Below, one piece after another: positions 50,752 through 64,000 of a DNA stretch of 64,000 bases. The translations under genes were made by a program, and so were the position numbers. The DNA lies in the NCBI RefSeq assembly GCF_001194135.2, contig NC_068987.1, forward strand, positions 1,341,367 to 1,405,366. The letters are read 5' to 3'. How positions within the stretch are numbered: position 1 is the first letter of the stretch; the number at the start of each line of letters is the position of its first letter. The notes beneath the pieces were generated by a model. That model searched no databases. It saw nothing but the letters and a program-made list of their open reading frames with translations, and was not told where the DNA came from. The stretch comes from Octopus bimaculoides (Eukaryota).

Positions 50752-50950
50752 CTTTCTTCAGGTTGTTTATTTCTTAATAATGGATTTTTTTTGTTTTTCT
50801 TCTTTTTTGCAATGATTTTCGCTTTGAAAACTTCTAAACTTCTCAGAAGAGCGGCCATATTTATTTTGGGAATTAAGACAGGAGGCGCCTCGCTTATCAC
50901 TTTAAGTAACTCAACGTTGCTTTCATTGATTTCGTATTGTTTGTGTTTTG
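50752..50950 (-). promoter_or_regulatory. Possible promoter / first exon of a minus-strand transcript
   Basis: CpG-containing unique patch, aaatATGGCCG (YY1-like), and a strong donor AAAG|GTGAGA at 50752/50751. Confidence 0.15.
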
Positions 50951-51089
50951 GACAGTTCTTGAGAAATTGTTAGTTTTTTAAACGAATCCCCGCCTTTTTT
51001 CTCTGTATGATATATGTATGTATATTTGTGTATACATATATGCACACATACATACCTATGAGCATACATATGTAAATTCATACAAACAC

Positions 51090-51141
<52 letters not shown>

Positions 51142-52070
51142 GTATATATATACATACTAACAGGAGGTTCTTTTTTTTAATTACAAAGTGAGTGGGGGGG
51201 CGATGTTGTGTTAAAATATACATCTGAGTGTTTTGTGTATTTATGTGTTTAAGTGTGTGTGTGTGTGTGTGTGGGGGTGCGCGTAAACTAAGTGGGCAGT
51301 TTTGTGTGTTCTCAGTGTACACAGGTGTGTGTGTGTGTGCGTGCGTGCACCATCTTGCCATCTTTGTGAAAACAGATGTCAATATATTTCTTGTTTTTTT
51401 TTTTCTGTGCGTGTGTATTTGTGTGACTGTATATGTGTGCATACGTGCACGTGTATATATTTTCTAACGTTTATTTATTTATTTATTTATACTCTAAAAA
51501 CCTCTCTCTCTCCGACCTGACTGCCTGTGTGCCTGTACGTTGCACCACCAAAGAGTTTGGAGGGAGTACCTTTCATTCCTCACTCCTACAGAACAACAGC
51601 CTGAAGGGAATATTTTACAGTCATTTCCCTAATAAATCTAAAAAAGCTTAAGTAAAAAATTCTAAAAATAAAACATAAATATAAAAAAATAAACCAAACA
51701 ACTGACTCTGCTGTTGATTTGTCGATAGTTTTCACACACTTAAAGCGATTGGAACAATAGAAGTCAGGGGGAGGGAATGGTAAAGAAAGGCTGGAATGGT
51801 AGGCTAATAGAAGGATATCCTCCCCCTCTTCCTCTCTCCCTCCCTGTCACTGGGATTTTTGTTAAAAGATATTCTATCAAATAATATTATTTTTATGGTT
51901 GAAGGGGGACGAGGGAAACGGACGTAAGACTCATTGACAACGACTGAAAAGAGATGAACTAGAAAAGAAAGACAACAGCAGCAGCAACAACAACAACAAT
52001 AATAACGGATGCTACTATTATTCCTAGTACTACTACGACTGCTGGGGCTGGGGCTGCGGCTACTACTGCG

Positions 52071-52111
<41 letters not shown>

Positions 52112-52243
52112 AAACAAACAACGTTTTCTGTTGAATGGAGAGTTAATCTGTGCGAAATATCTGGGTATTGTATTTAAAACGTCCCACTTCAATGACAAGA
52201 TGGCGCTGCTGGCGGATATAGTGGGAAGAGATAATAGCAACAG

Positions 52244-52276
<33 letters not shown>

Positions 52277-52874
52277 CACTCTCGTCTTCATCATCATCAT
52301 CATCATCGTGGACGTTGTCGTCGTCACGAACAATACTATTCATCACAATCATCAATATCATTGATCAACATCATCATCATCATCAGAAGATGATTGAAAA
52401 AGAATAACAGATTTTGTCAGGGCAAGAAGTGTGTGTGGAGGCGGGGCGAGGGTTTAGAGAAAATCTAAATATTAGAGAAAAAGAATCTGGGCAAAGTATT
52501 TGTGGAATATGTAAAGAATATACGTGACCTTACAGCTTATGTAGAGATCAATGATTTAGTGAAGTCATTGATTATTAACAGCGCTACTTGCTGGAAAAAT
52601 CACGTTGTCTTAGAGTGCTGGAGAAAAGGGTTTAAATTAAAGGCCATATTGAGTTTCTATGTGACCACAGTGGGTTCCATTGCAAAACCGATTCACAATG
52701 AAATAGAATTGGAATTGAAACTTCACCAATCTTAGAAGCTTTATGGTTTCTTTAATGGAGAAATAGAGAGAAAAATGTTAACTCTATATTCCTTCCTCAT
52801 TAAAATCTTTCTTTCTCCTTGACTCATTCATAATATCTGGATCTAGTTCTATGTTTCTCTTTCTCTCTCTCCCG

Positions 52875-52907
<33 letters not shown>

Positions 52908-53139
52908 CCGCTCTTTCTTTCTCTCTCTCTCACATGCTCTTTCCGTTATTATATACGTTTGTGCATGGGTGTGTAGTGTGTGTGTGAGGGAGAGAGGAGA
53001 GACCCTGTGTGCACGTGGGTGTGTGTGTCTGTGAGACGCTGTGTGTGCCTCTGTACAAATGTACGTACGTATATATATATACAGACATATATGTATGTAT
53101 CTATATATATATACATATATATAGATAGATATATAAACC

Positions 53140-53194
<55 letters not shown>

Positions 53195-54819
53195 GAGAGT
53201 GAGGGGGAAAGAAACAATGAGAGAGAGAGAGAGAGAGACGAAGATCAATGAAAAATTAATATATTTAGGAGTATAATCTATATACTCTATATTTGTCATG
53301 GAAATTGAAAAGTCGGTAAGTTTATGTTGGGTCTTCATTGATATAGAATTGTAAAAGAAAGCCAGGTTATTGAACTACAGGAACAGTAAAGGCTTTGCGT
53401 TTATAAATTTTCGCAGTTTGGTTTACATGCGTGTGTGTGTGTGTAATATAGCACTGATCCAGGAAAGGATAAGATTATAGAAGTCTAATGAACATTAAGT
53501 AAAACACTGATAGCATAAAAATGTTTGGGTGCAGTCGTGAGGCCCCAAAGTACTGTTTATGTGAAACGGTGGAAAATGTCGTAGCTTGAGTCAATTATTC
53601 TATGACTATGAATACTAGATTGATGCACAGTTATATACAAACATTAATGGTTATATATTTTGTATGGTACAAACACATACAAATATCTTTCTATGTACGT
53701 ATATAGCTTTGAAAAACAACTTAGAAGCTCGGGTAAATACCGTTATAAGAAGGAATGACGCAGCCAGGAAGCCACTGTAGTGGATCGATCCCTGAGTGCT
53801 CTGAACCATTAAGTGACCCCTGGATAACAGATATAAAAATGTTCTCGCATTCAAAGGGCTATTATTTAGCATTACAAAAGACGGTAACTGATGTGAGACG
53901 TAGCTTAGGTCGATGGTATGTAACAAATCTCGTTCCAAGGGGAAATACAAAGCTCTCGATAGTCAAATTGTCGATGAAATATCAAAAGAGAAGTCATCAC
54001 GAAATAGAAATAAAGGAAATAATCTCATCAATGTAACATGCTTCAAAACATGTGGCAATAAAAACAGTTGTCCTGCAGTGAATCTAAGATGAACTACGGT
54101 AAAAAAAAAACTCTTTACAAATACAGAACACAAAGAAACCCTTTAAAACGCGAGAAAAACAAGCAAAACAATTATTCCTTTGATCAGAACATTCGGTGAA
54201 GTAAAACTTGTTAGAAAGCATTTTCAAGATCTCCAGAAAGATTCTATGTAAGGAACGAGGCAAGGAGATGCTCCGGTTTCAGAAATAAAGCCAGATTAAT
54301 TTTCCTGAATTATTAAAGATGGTACTAGAAAATAGAAAGAAGATACTCAATACCTGAAACGGTAAAGAAAACACAAGAAAACAGGGGAAACAGGAGGACC
54401 AAAGGACAGAGTTCATTAGGCAAAGCTCAACAATAATAATAAAAAAAATATAGAAGAATCTATTTTTCTGAATGTCGAGAAAGAAAACAATCTACAAGAG
54501 GAAACATTTGTGAAACAACCGAACGAATCAATAATTTATCGAAAGGAGATTTGGATAATGAGGAATTGGCGAAAGGACTTAAATTCATTCCCGAACCAAC
54601 AGTCAACCACCAGGTATTTGGAAGAGAGTATTCAAAGATCTTTCGTAGCACACGACGCGTTGAGCATTTTACCAATAAAAAATAGTGGAATGAATTCACG
54701 AAGCCAAACGGACGAAATACTCATCCGGGCCAATATTGGTATGCTTTCCAAATTCTCACTGAGGCATAATACTAGTGTCAGACCAAATATTACCCAAATC
54801 AGAGAAGTCTGCACTTAAA

Positions 54820-55250
54820 CGTTTCCGAAACGATAACACAGTGACACATACAAACAGATAAATGTGGTGCATTGTTATAGTGGATGTCGAATATTACCGG
54901 AATTTGGTTGAAGACAAATTGAAGGAAACAGCATTTTATTGTGAAATACTTTGAAATAACCTTTAAATATAGATCACCATATCATGAAGATCGGTAACCT
55001 GGTTCAAAGCACTCTAACTTTCGTACAACCAATGAAAGTGACTGCTTTACCAGTTTTGCAGCAAAACCCCGTAACTGGGTGAAACTGGAAGAAATCTCCA
55101 CGTTCTCTCTTATTCTCCTGTCGGAAAACAACGAAACGCAGCTTGGTGTTGAATCCCCAAATGCACTGACACTACAGGATTTTTCTTTCAGTGTATCGGC
55201 AATGACACCCAAATAGCGATTATCTCACTAGTCATATACTGCAGAAGAAC
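54820..55250 (+). mobile_element. Penelope-like RT N-terminal remnant
   Basis: TDKCGA.VIVDVEYYRNLVEDKL (ADKGG.VV.D...Y...V...L) and ..SPNALTLQ.....TPK*RLS (P.DLTLRPIV...PT.RLS), with frameshifts. Confidence 0.55.
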
Positions 55251-55455
55251 AATTCAAAACTTTTAGAACCTGCCACAGATGTTACATAACCTCCACACAT
55301 AAACACACAATACTGTCTTTGCTCTCCTTACTAGGGAACAGAGTACATCACTCCGAGAATGGATATGTGTGTGTGTGTATTTGTATGAATATAGATTAAA
55401 TCCATTCACAGATATTCTTTATCCATATATTTGTACGTGTGTAAATGATATGTGG

Positions 55456-55552
<97 letters not shown>

Positions 55553-56454
55553 CGTGTATGTGTGTGTGTCCAAATACTTATATACACACGCAAGCATGTA
55601 TATATATTTAAATACACATGTATATAGATTCACACTCGGGCATACAGATACACGTACATACATCTTATACATATATACAATTACATGCATACGCACAGAT
55701 GTGTATATATATATATATATATATATACATGTAATATATGTGTGAATGTATGTATGTTTGTATGTACGTATAACAGTGTTTCGCGTATTTTCATTTAACG
55801 ACAATGAGATTGTGTAACATTAATGTGTTCTCTAATGACCTGACGGCAGTATAAATTTTATATTCCTGTCCCGTTAAACTAAATCTCTGACTTTCAACAA
55901 ATTGTCGCTCGGAAAATTATTTCTGAAATGAGAAAATTATTTCCTATAAATCCACAGATCTCCAGTAAATGTTATTGTGCAATAAACCAATTTGTAAACG
56001 ATCGTAATAATAATAATAATAATAATAATAATAGCAATGATAATAATAATAATAATAATAAAGCGATGTGTCTACAGTATAATGAAATGAATTGTTGAAT
56101 GTCTTATTGCTTCTGAGAAACAACAAATGCGTGTAATGGCGGACAATTCTTTCGCTTGCCAGAAACATTTACTCCGATGGAGGGGAAGAGTTTTCAATTT
56201 TATTTTTGCATATACGATTCTAGATTTATGTTTTTGAATTTTCTATTTATTACTAACATATATCATATGTATCTACTTCTAATATCGATATTCTTGTTGT
56301 TGTTGTTGTTTCTGTTCAGCCCTAGGCCAGCTTTGATTAGACGTATGAACAAACGTGTTTATGATTCAACTTACTTTCTTTCCAAAGAATTGTTGCAGAA
56401 CATCATTATTTAATGTTTTTCTTCTTTTATTAAGACAGCAAGGTGTCATACGAA

Positions 56455-56600
56455 AATGGTGATTTAACAGAATGGCTAGAGTGCCATCGTACAAAAACAC
56501 CTTGCGGTGCTTGTTTCCCCTCTTCATATTCTGAATTCAAATCTCACCATTATCAATTTTGCCCTTCATACTTCATCAATAAAGTTATATTCTAGTCCAG
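56455..56600 (+). mobile_element. SINE family A copy (degenerate)
   Basis: cagaatggctagag..ttgcgg..ttctgaattcaaatctcacc..attttgcccttcat. Confidence 0.45.
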
Positions 56601-56764
56601 GACACTAGATTTCCGAAGTGTTTAGGGCGGTTTTCTTTTTTGTTTTGTTTTTTTTGTTTCTTTTTTTGCTTTCCGTCTAAATCTATGCAGTTATTGCGAA
56701 TTCCTCTATATTTAATTTCCAAAACGATTTTATTATAAAAGATATCGAAAGAATATCATCATTG

Positions 56765-56974
56765 TGACCAGAGTCGAAAATTCCTCTCACAGTCTCTCTA
56801 CAATCTACCATTTTTCATTGGTCGTGGCGGCTGTTCCTCATTGGGGTTGCCATCGTCTTAGAGTTGGTCGATGAATGTTTGAGCAGGTCTTCCACAGTAG
56901 CATCTCCCGTGAGTTGGTTCCCACAGTAATTCCCCGTGTATAACTTCTTGCTTAAATCTCCAGCAATGTCCTGC
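56765..56974 (-). mobile_element. RTE-clade LINE 3' fragment
   Basis: AGHCWRFKQEVIHGELLWEPTHGRCYCGRPAQTFIDQL* corresponds to the RTE C-terminal GH..R......W.P..G.R..GRP..T..D motif. Confidence 0.8.
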
Positions 56975-57000
56975 GTATATATTGTTTATACTTTTATTTA

Positions 57001-57038
<38 letters not shown>

Positions 57039-57134
57039 TATATTCTATTATATAGTTCTTGTTTATGTCCTCTGGCTTAACAGTAATTCAAACTGATGGA
57101 CAACGACAAACTATTGTGCTTCCAGGACGGATAT

Positions 57135-57260
57135 TATTTTCTACTCTAGGCACAAGGCCAGAAATTTGGCGGGAGGGGGGAGTCGATTAGATCATCCCCA
57201 GTACGCAACTGGTACTTAATTTATCGACCCCAAAATGATGAAAGGCAAAGTCAACCTCCA
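57135..57260 (-). mobile_element. SINE family A 3' half
   Basis: tctactctaggcacaaggcc..aaattt..gggagggggagtcgattagatc.ccccagtacgcaactggtacttaatttatcgacccc..atgaaaggcaaagtcaacctc. Confidence 0.85.
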
Positions 57261-57336
57261 TATATATATATATATACACACAACTCTGGACTGTTTGTGA
57301 GTATTGTTTATGTTAGCAATCTCTATATAAAGCAGT

Positions 57337-57379
<43 letters not shown>

Positions 57380-57389
57380 NNNNNNNNNN

Positions 57390-57429
<40 letters not shown>

Positions 57430-59348
57430 CATATAAGTATTGATATGAAAATATAAACTATATATACAGTATATAAGGTCATATGTGAACATACATACAT
57501 ACATACATACATGTTTTCGCCTTCCCAGCAATATACAGATGATGATAAATAGCCACACGTCCCCGTTTCCAAACTCAGACAACTGTTACTCTCTTAGATA
57601 TTTCTGAAAGCGAGGGCGTGAGTGACATTTGCTGTCAGGCATAGCCAGCATTGAACTGGTTTATGTCCACAATAATTCAACTGACTTTTAGTGACAAGGT
57701 CCTGGAGGTGTAGGATCTTGAAAAGTATGTTAAAAGACTTCCAGAATTTTAACTCCAATACACCTTCGTCTGTTCACGACGGCGGAAATGCTGTTTTATT
57801 TCTATATTTCTTTCACTGTATTTATCCAACCAGATTGCTTGAAACAATAATTTTAAAAAAGCATCCTCATTTAATTTCTACAAATTGCGACGATATTGGT
57901 ATTGTTGACCAGACAAACACGGATGTTGCGAAAATAATACCTTTCGTGAAATCGTTAACGATATTGTGAAATAGGCCAGGCTGGTGGTTGTCGTCTCACT
58001 TGACAATAATATTAGATTTGGGGTGGCCGTCATACGGAAATGTGTGGTGGTCATCAGATATGAAATAATCATTTGTGATATTGGAACAATAAGATCTCGC
58101 CATTTATTAGCAGAGGCTACAGTTGATGTAAGCACTTCTTAACTGGGAATGGTAGATGATATCTTAAGCGTCAAGCGAATGAGAGTGAGGGAAGAGGGGA
58201 GAGAAAAAGGGTGGGAGGGAGAGAGAGAGAGGAGAACGAGAGAAAGAGAGAAAAGGGAGAGAGAGAGTGTCTGTATTGTTGGTTGAATTGTGGAGAAATA
58301 AATGGCAAAGGAATTAAAGGAACGGTGCGTGATGTGATGCAAGGAGTGCCAAGTAAAGGGAAAGGCCAACAAAAGGAAAGTCGACATACTTCATACAACG
58401 TTATTGCTAAACATGGCTGAGTTTATGTTAATAATATTGAAAGACAAAACAATTACTGAATGATATTTGATATTTAATTCGCCTCGTTGTTAATTCTACC
58501 TGCTACATTATACTTTGTCCAGGCAAATATCGATGTCTGACATAAACACAACGTCTGCAATGAAGGGGTTAAATATATACGATTAGATCGATCCTATTCT
58601 CAAATGGTAGTCAACCTACGTAAGATGAAATATGTAATCAATGTCTACAAGATTCGAACTTGTAACGTGTATTAAAGCAATTTCTTCGTAATGATGGAAT
58701 AAGATGAGAAAAAGAAATGGCGCTGATATCGGAAATGTGAGGAACTGCAAATCTTTTTAGCCACAGTGCATTACTGGTATTTGTTTTATCGAATATGGAA
58801 AAATTTAAAGACAAAGTCAGTTTTGTTGTGAATGGTTCTCAGAAGGTATGAGGATGAAACTGAATACCACAAGGTATTTCTTCCATCTCCACCGACGCCT
58901 TATTGAATCAACTTCTCCACTGCTCTTGTCTTTAAGTATTGATTGATAGTAAAATGGAGACGGGGCCATATATTTTAAGAGGCAATCCATAAAACCCATC
59001 CCTCTATTTCAGTGATGCTTTATTTCATTGACCTTTCGAAGGATAACAGCATATAGATGCCCTCAGCAGGATTTGAACTCTGTATATACAAGTACATAGG
59101 TAAAGACCGCAAGGTATTCCTTGCGATACTCTTCTTATAATTCTATCTCATCTTATCGTTGTAAATCTCAACCAAAAACTATGTCTTGAATGGAACAGAA
59201 GACTAGTGAGAAATCCCATGGCGATCCCATAAGAGAAATGAGGATAATTCCAAACGTGGAGATCGGAAAAGTTCAAAAATCACGTGGGCAAAATACTGAG
59301 AGGGACTTTATAACAGTGAAACGGAGAATTTCTCCCATACGCTCATAT

Positions 59349-59388
<40 letters not shown>

Positions 59389-59939
59389 ACTTTTTCTACC
59401 CCCCCTCTCTCTCTAGCTCTTTCCCTCCCTTGCTAAGTCACGATATAAACATATACAAAAGCATACAGGATCACAAACTAATGCGCACAGACACACACAC
59501 GTATGCCTACACAAACACGCGCAGAAAGACCAAAGCACACACAGAGATCGACACACAGACGCACATGAACATATATATATAAACAGAGAGATTTACCTGG
59601 TTATATTTATCGATGGATTACTGAACACAGCACTTCCACTCTTTATTTAACGCATCTTACCTTATCTTCGGAGATTTTCTTCCCAATAGGAATTTGGCGT
59701 GCTGCTTTGTCTTAGATTAGTTTCAAACGATGTGTGTTGCAAATTAATTCCTATTTATGACATTCAGTGCAATCATGCAATATTAATCCAACAGTTGCAC
59801 ACACCGGTGCAAGGCGAGATAGGAAAATAAAAAAAAACTGTTTATATTTGCTGAAAATGACACGTCAAAAGCTGTAAATATGTCCAATGAAAATGCCGCC
59901 GTGAACACCAACGACTGGCAACAACAAGTACAACGGATC

Positions 59940-59969
59940 TTAATAATAATAATAATAATAATAGTAATG

Positions 59970-60014
<45 letters not shown>

Positions 60015-60140
60015 GTAATGATAATAATAATAATAATAATAATAGTAATGATAATAATAATAATAATAATAATAATAGTAATGATAATAATAATAATAAT
60101 GATAATGATAGTAATGATAATAATGATGATAATAATAATG
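59940..60140. repeat. (ATA)n microsatellite with periodic GTAATG interruptions
   Basis: Blocks of (ata)n-gtaatg repeated about five times. Confidence 0.9.
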
Positions 60141-60241
60141 AGGAGTAGGAGTGGAGGAAGGTGGAAAATGAGATGTGATGATGATTAGGAAGAGGGGATC
60201 ATAGTGACAATGTTGAAAATAATAATAACAACAACCACCAC

Positions 60242-60272
<31 letters not shown>

Positions 60273-60942
60273 GAGCAGAAAGTAAGATGCTAGGAAGTTA
60301 TTATTATTTATATTTGTAAGTTTTCTGTGAGATTTTTGAAGACAATTAGGACAGCGAATAAGAAATACAACTTATTTGGATTTGATCAGAGGAAACAAAA
60401 GAAAGCGAAACTGTAAATAAATGGAAAACGTTGCTTAAGATGATTACTCACCGATTCTGTAAGAAACTATTTGAAGTTTATTACATCAGGCTCAAGCAAC
60501 ACCTCGATAAAATCTGGCAGGTTTCGTTGTTCTTTCTACCTGGAATGATTGGTGAACGAGGCTTTATTACCGGCGTGGCACAAATGGTTTCTAACAACCT
60601 GCAAAAAACCCTATTTCCGATGTGTTTTAAAGATTGTTTGATGTGCTTCTGTTGCTATTTTGTAATGCCAAGCCTACCCTGCTCCTACAGGTCATTTAAC
60701 AAGAGCATACCAGCCATCTAGTGTTCAACTGAAGGATGGGTCAACGGTAACATCCATCACCTCGGGACGTGAGAGAGAATAGGAAAACACCACGAGGCAT
60801 AATGTTCAGTGTTATATTCCCAAACTGGTACTTACGTTATAAGCCCCCAAAACAGTGAAAGATAAAGATGATTTTGATTACACTTAGACACAAGTAATCC
60901 AGGATAATCACACACACACTCACCCACACATACACACACACA

Positions 60943-61231
<289 letters not shown>

Positions 61232-62518
61232 CATATATGTATAGATAGATAGACACGTTTTCCACTGTCGTTACTCGGAGTTTCGGGTTAGCAAGTTTAG
61301 CCAAGACAGATTACTTACACAGAAACTTTGTCATTGCAAAATAGATGACACGTAACATCGTTGTCTTTTTCCTTTGTCATTATTGAATAAAACTTCCGTA
61401 TTGCCTGACGTTTGTATGTATACGATGCATCCACACATTTCTGTATTTATACAAAGATAAATACATAATTGGATACTTACGTAGAAATGCGCCGTTAGGT
61501 GTGTATGTGTGACTCTAGATATGTGAATTGCGTCAACAGAAAAGTAGTTACATGTAAACACACTTCACACACATATACGCACACACGTAGTGTATATCAA
61601 TTTTATATATATATACATTTACATACTTATATATATATATATATATGTATACATGGCTGGAGGAATGGATGAATAAATATATAAACGTATTTGTATACTT
61701 ATATATGTATATTAATGCATACATTTGCATATAAATATGTATATATAGATGTGTGTGAATGTGTGAGAGAGAAGGGGGAGTATTGTCTGCATACTTATTA
61801 AAACATCTTTATGCATAAAACATGAACATAAAAGAAAAACGAAGACGTCGATTCATCGATGTCTGAACATAATCTGCGAAGTAACAACTCGAAAGTAATT
61901 CTTCTAACTGCAATTAGCCGAACGAGAAGTTGTCAGTGAGAATCACATGGAATTGTTCATTGGAATGTGTAAGATCTATATAAATAAATAGCTAAGAATG
62001 ACGGAGTGGTGACTGTTGTATGAGGACGGCGAGGCTGGAGTTGCAACTCTCCATCATATCTACAGTAAGAATATCAGAATCAAAATAAATTGTTTGCAGT
62101 ACGTTTAGTTGATAAGCTGTAAATTAACTTAAAGTTAACATTTAAGGGAGACGTACTAGTAAAATGAAAAATAATATTCTTATTGGGAGTGTATATATTT
62201 AATGCATCAGACAGTTGCATAAACATAAATATGTGTGTGCATATATATATATGATTGTGTGTGTGTGCGGGCGTTTGTGTGATAGTATGCATATGAGGTT
62301 ATGAGTGAAGACGTATGTCTAAAAGGGCAAGGGTGTATGAGTGTGTGTGTGTGTGTGTGTGCGTGTGTGTGTGTGTATTTGTATGAGGATATGCAAATAT
62401 GTGTGCATGATCGTGTAATTTGGCGTATTGTATCTTCAATATTTACTTTTATATATTTCTGTGTGCATTCGTTCCTTTGCATGCGTTGAAACGTCTAACG
62501 GGATATGCATTTGTTTTG

Positions 62519-62576
<58 letters not shown>

Positions 62577-62760
62577 CGGAGTAGATGGAACAGGGATAAC
62601 TGAAGGGAAATATTCTTTATGTTGCATGTCTCGTCTCATATGTGTGCAAGTATATTCAATTTTCTGAGAATATCAACTGTTGTATGCATTTGTATTGTTT
62701 AATATGTTTAACATATTCGATATCGGCTTCATGTAAACAAAATTCTATAGTGTTATATAT

Positions 62761-62910
62761 AGGCTAAGAGTGGCTGTGTGGTAAGTAGCTTGCTTACCAA
62801 CCAACCACATGGTTCCGGGTTCAGTCCCACTGCGTGGCACCTTGGGCAAGTGTCTTCTCCTATAGCTTTAGGCCGACCAAAACCTTGTGAGTGGATTTGG
62901 TAGACGGAAA
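62761..62910 (+). mobile_element. SINE family B (tRNA head + CORE-like domain)
   Basis: gagtggctgtgtggtaagtagcttgc..ggttccgggttcagtcccactgcgtggcaccttgggcaagtgtctt..gccgaccaaaaccttgtgagtggatttggtagacggaaa. Confidence 0.9.
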
Positions 62911-63189
62911 ACATGTGGAGAGAGATGAGAGCATCATTTCTCATCAATGGCTGAAGACACGTGCGAAAGAGATCGAAACATAAAACTGATCAATGAATGA
63001 TTAAAATCTCCGTCTCGCAAAAACACTAATTCCGTAAGGAATGTATTGAAGACAAAGAAATTAATAGAATTATTTTAGTTTTGCATATATGAATATCATT
63101 TTGTTGTGTGAGATGTTCTGAAGTGAGAGAGCGGGTGGGGAGGCAGAAAAATTTTCCCCTCCTCGTGTTGGAATGAATATTTCGGTAGC

Positions 63190-63310
63190 TTGGAACTATC
63201 GTTGCTGGTTAGTCTCAGGCCAGTCTTCCAGACCAGTCGGCAGTGATGACACCCATAAAGCAAAGATGTCCCCACCGTTACCATTCCACCGTTTTCGAGG
63301 TACATTCAAC
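63190..63310 (-). mobile_element. RTE-like LINE remnant
   Basis: VGTSLLYGC..W resembles VLS.LLYG.ETW; short and degenerate. Confidence 0.3.
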
Positions 63311-64000
63311 TCAGGAGATCCTAATACGTGATTTCTGTACGACTGTACATATGTTTTAATATCCAGCATTTAATTAGATCCTCACCCAACTCCCTTAAAT
63401 CATACCAAAGCGTTTTAAAGACTAATGAAACTATTCAGTAATTCAGTCCGGATAAAAGAGACGGTGTTGGAGTATGCTGACCGACCTGATTCTAGAAAGG
63501 ACAATAACGGCAAACATTTCATCTGAAATGTATAGACGCTTGTGAAGTCTAAAATATCACTGTAAGTTTTATGAATCTGTGTGTTTATGTATCGACATCA
63601 TTTCCGAACCTTTGCCTTTCACATCTCCATATGGGTGATTTTTAATGTCACAAATATGAAATGCTAAAAAAATGAGATTTTGTGGGGTTTTCTTTTTTTT
63701 GTCAGAAATCGGTGCCATCATTACGTTGGCACCATATTGTCTGTCTTCTTCATAGTAGAATCAATAGAAAATGTCTCGTATTCTTTTATGATTAGCCATA
63801 AACTGATGGTTTATTATACAGCGGTAAAAAGTATCACTTTTTAGACCAAACATTTTGTGTGTCTGTGCGTGCGTGTGTATGTGAATTTAGATACACATAC
63901 GCACACACACACACTCATCTTTATATATGCATGTATATATATGTATGTAAACATAAATATATTTAAATAGAAATATACACAATATATATATATATATATA

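Noticed and set aside
63440-63770. GT-AG pair (CT|GTAAGT near 63561; tttttgtcag| near 63707) as a small intron
   Set aside because: The flanking frames are closed by stops and have no recognisable product; insufficient support without transcript data.

Overview
AT-rich, gap-containing, repeat-dominated eukaryotic DNA. It is most consistent with an octopus or other coleoid cephalopod genome; this is an inference from the dense (AT)n/(CA)n/(AGAT)n/(TAA)n microsatellites, the tRNA-derived SINE families and a TTAGGG tract. No intact protein-coding gene, rRNA, tRNA gene or CRISPR array can be supported. Almost all ORFs in the supplied track are microsatellite read-throughs, N-gap artefacts or antisense shadows of decayed transposons. 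The window looks like a very large intron or intergenic region. Recognisable content: four minus-strand R4/Dong-type RLE-LINE fragments, Penelope-like (PLE) RT/GIY-YIG remnants, CR1/L2-like and RTE LINE fragments, two mariner remnants (one a 770-bp element with ~115-bp TIRs), a hATm-like transposase remnant, a 255-bp palindromic fold-back element, and at least three SINE families. The most interesting signals are: (i) minimal hammerhead-ribozyme motifs on the minus strand, the best at 36304-36349 inside a ~280-bp unit with inverted ends; (ii) a (TTAGGG)6 tract inserted in the hATm-like ORF; (iii) a (GTA)n microsatellite that grew from the Val-Val-Val codons of a LINE endonuclease; (iv) a 54-bp minisatellite inside a SINE. 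All family names come from motif recognition by eye and from recall, not from database searches.
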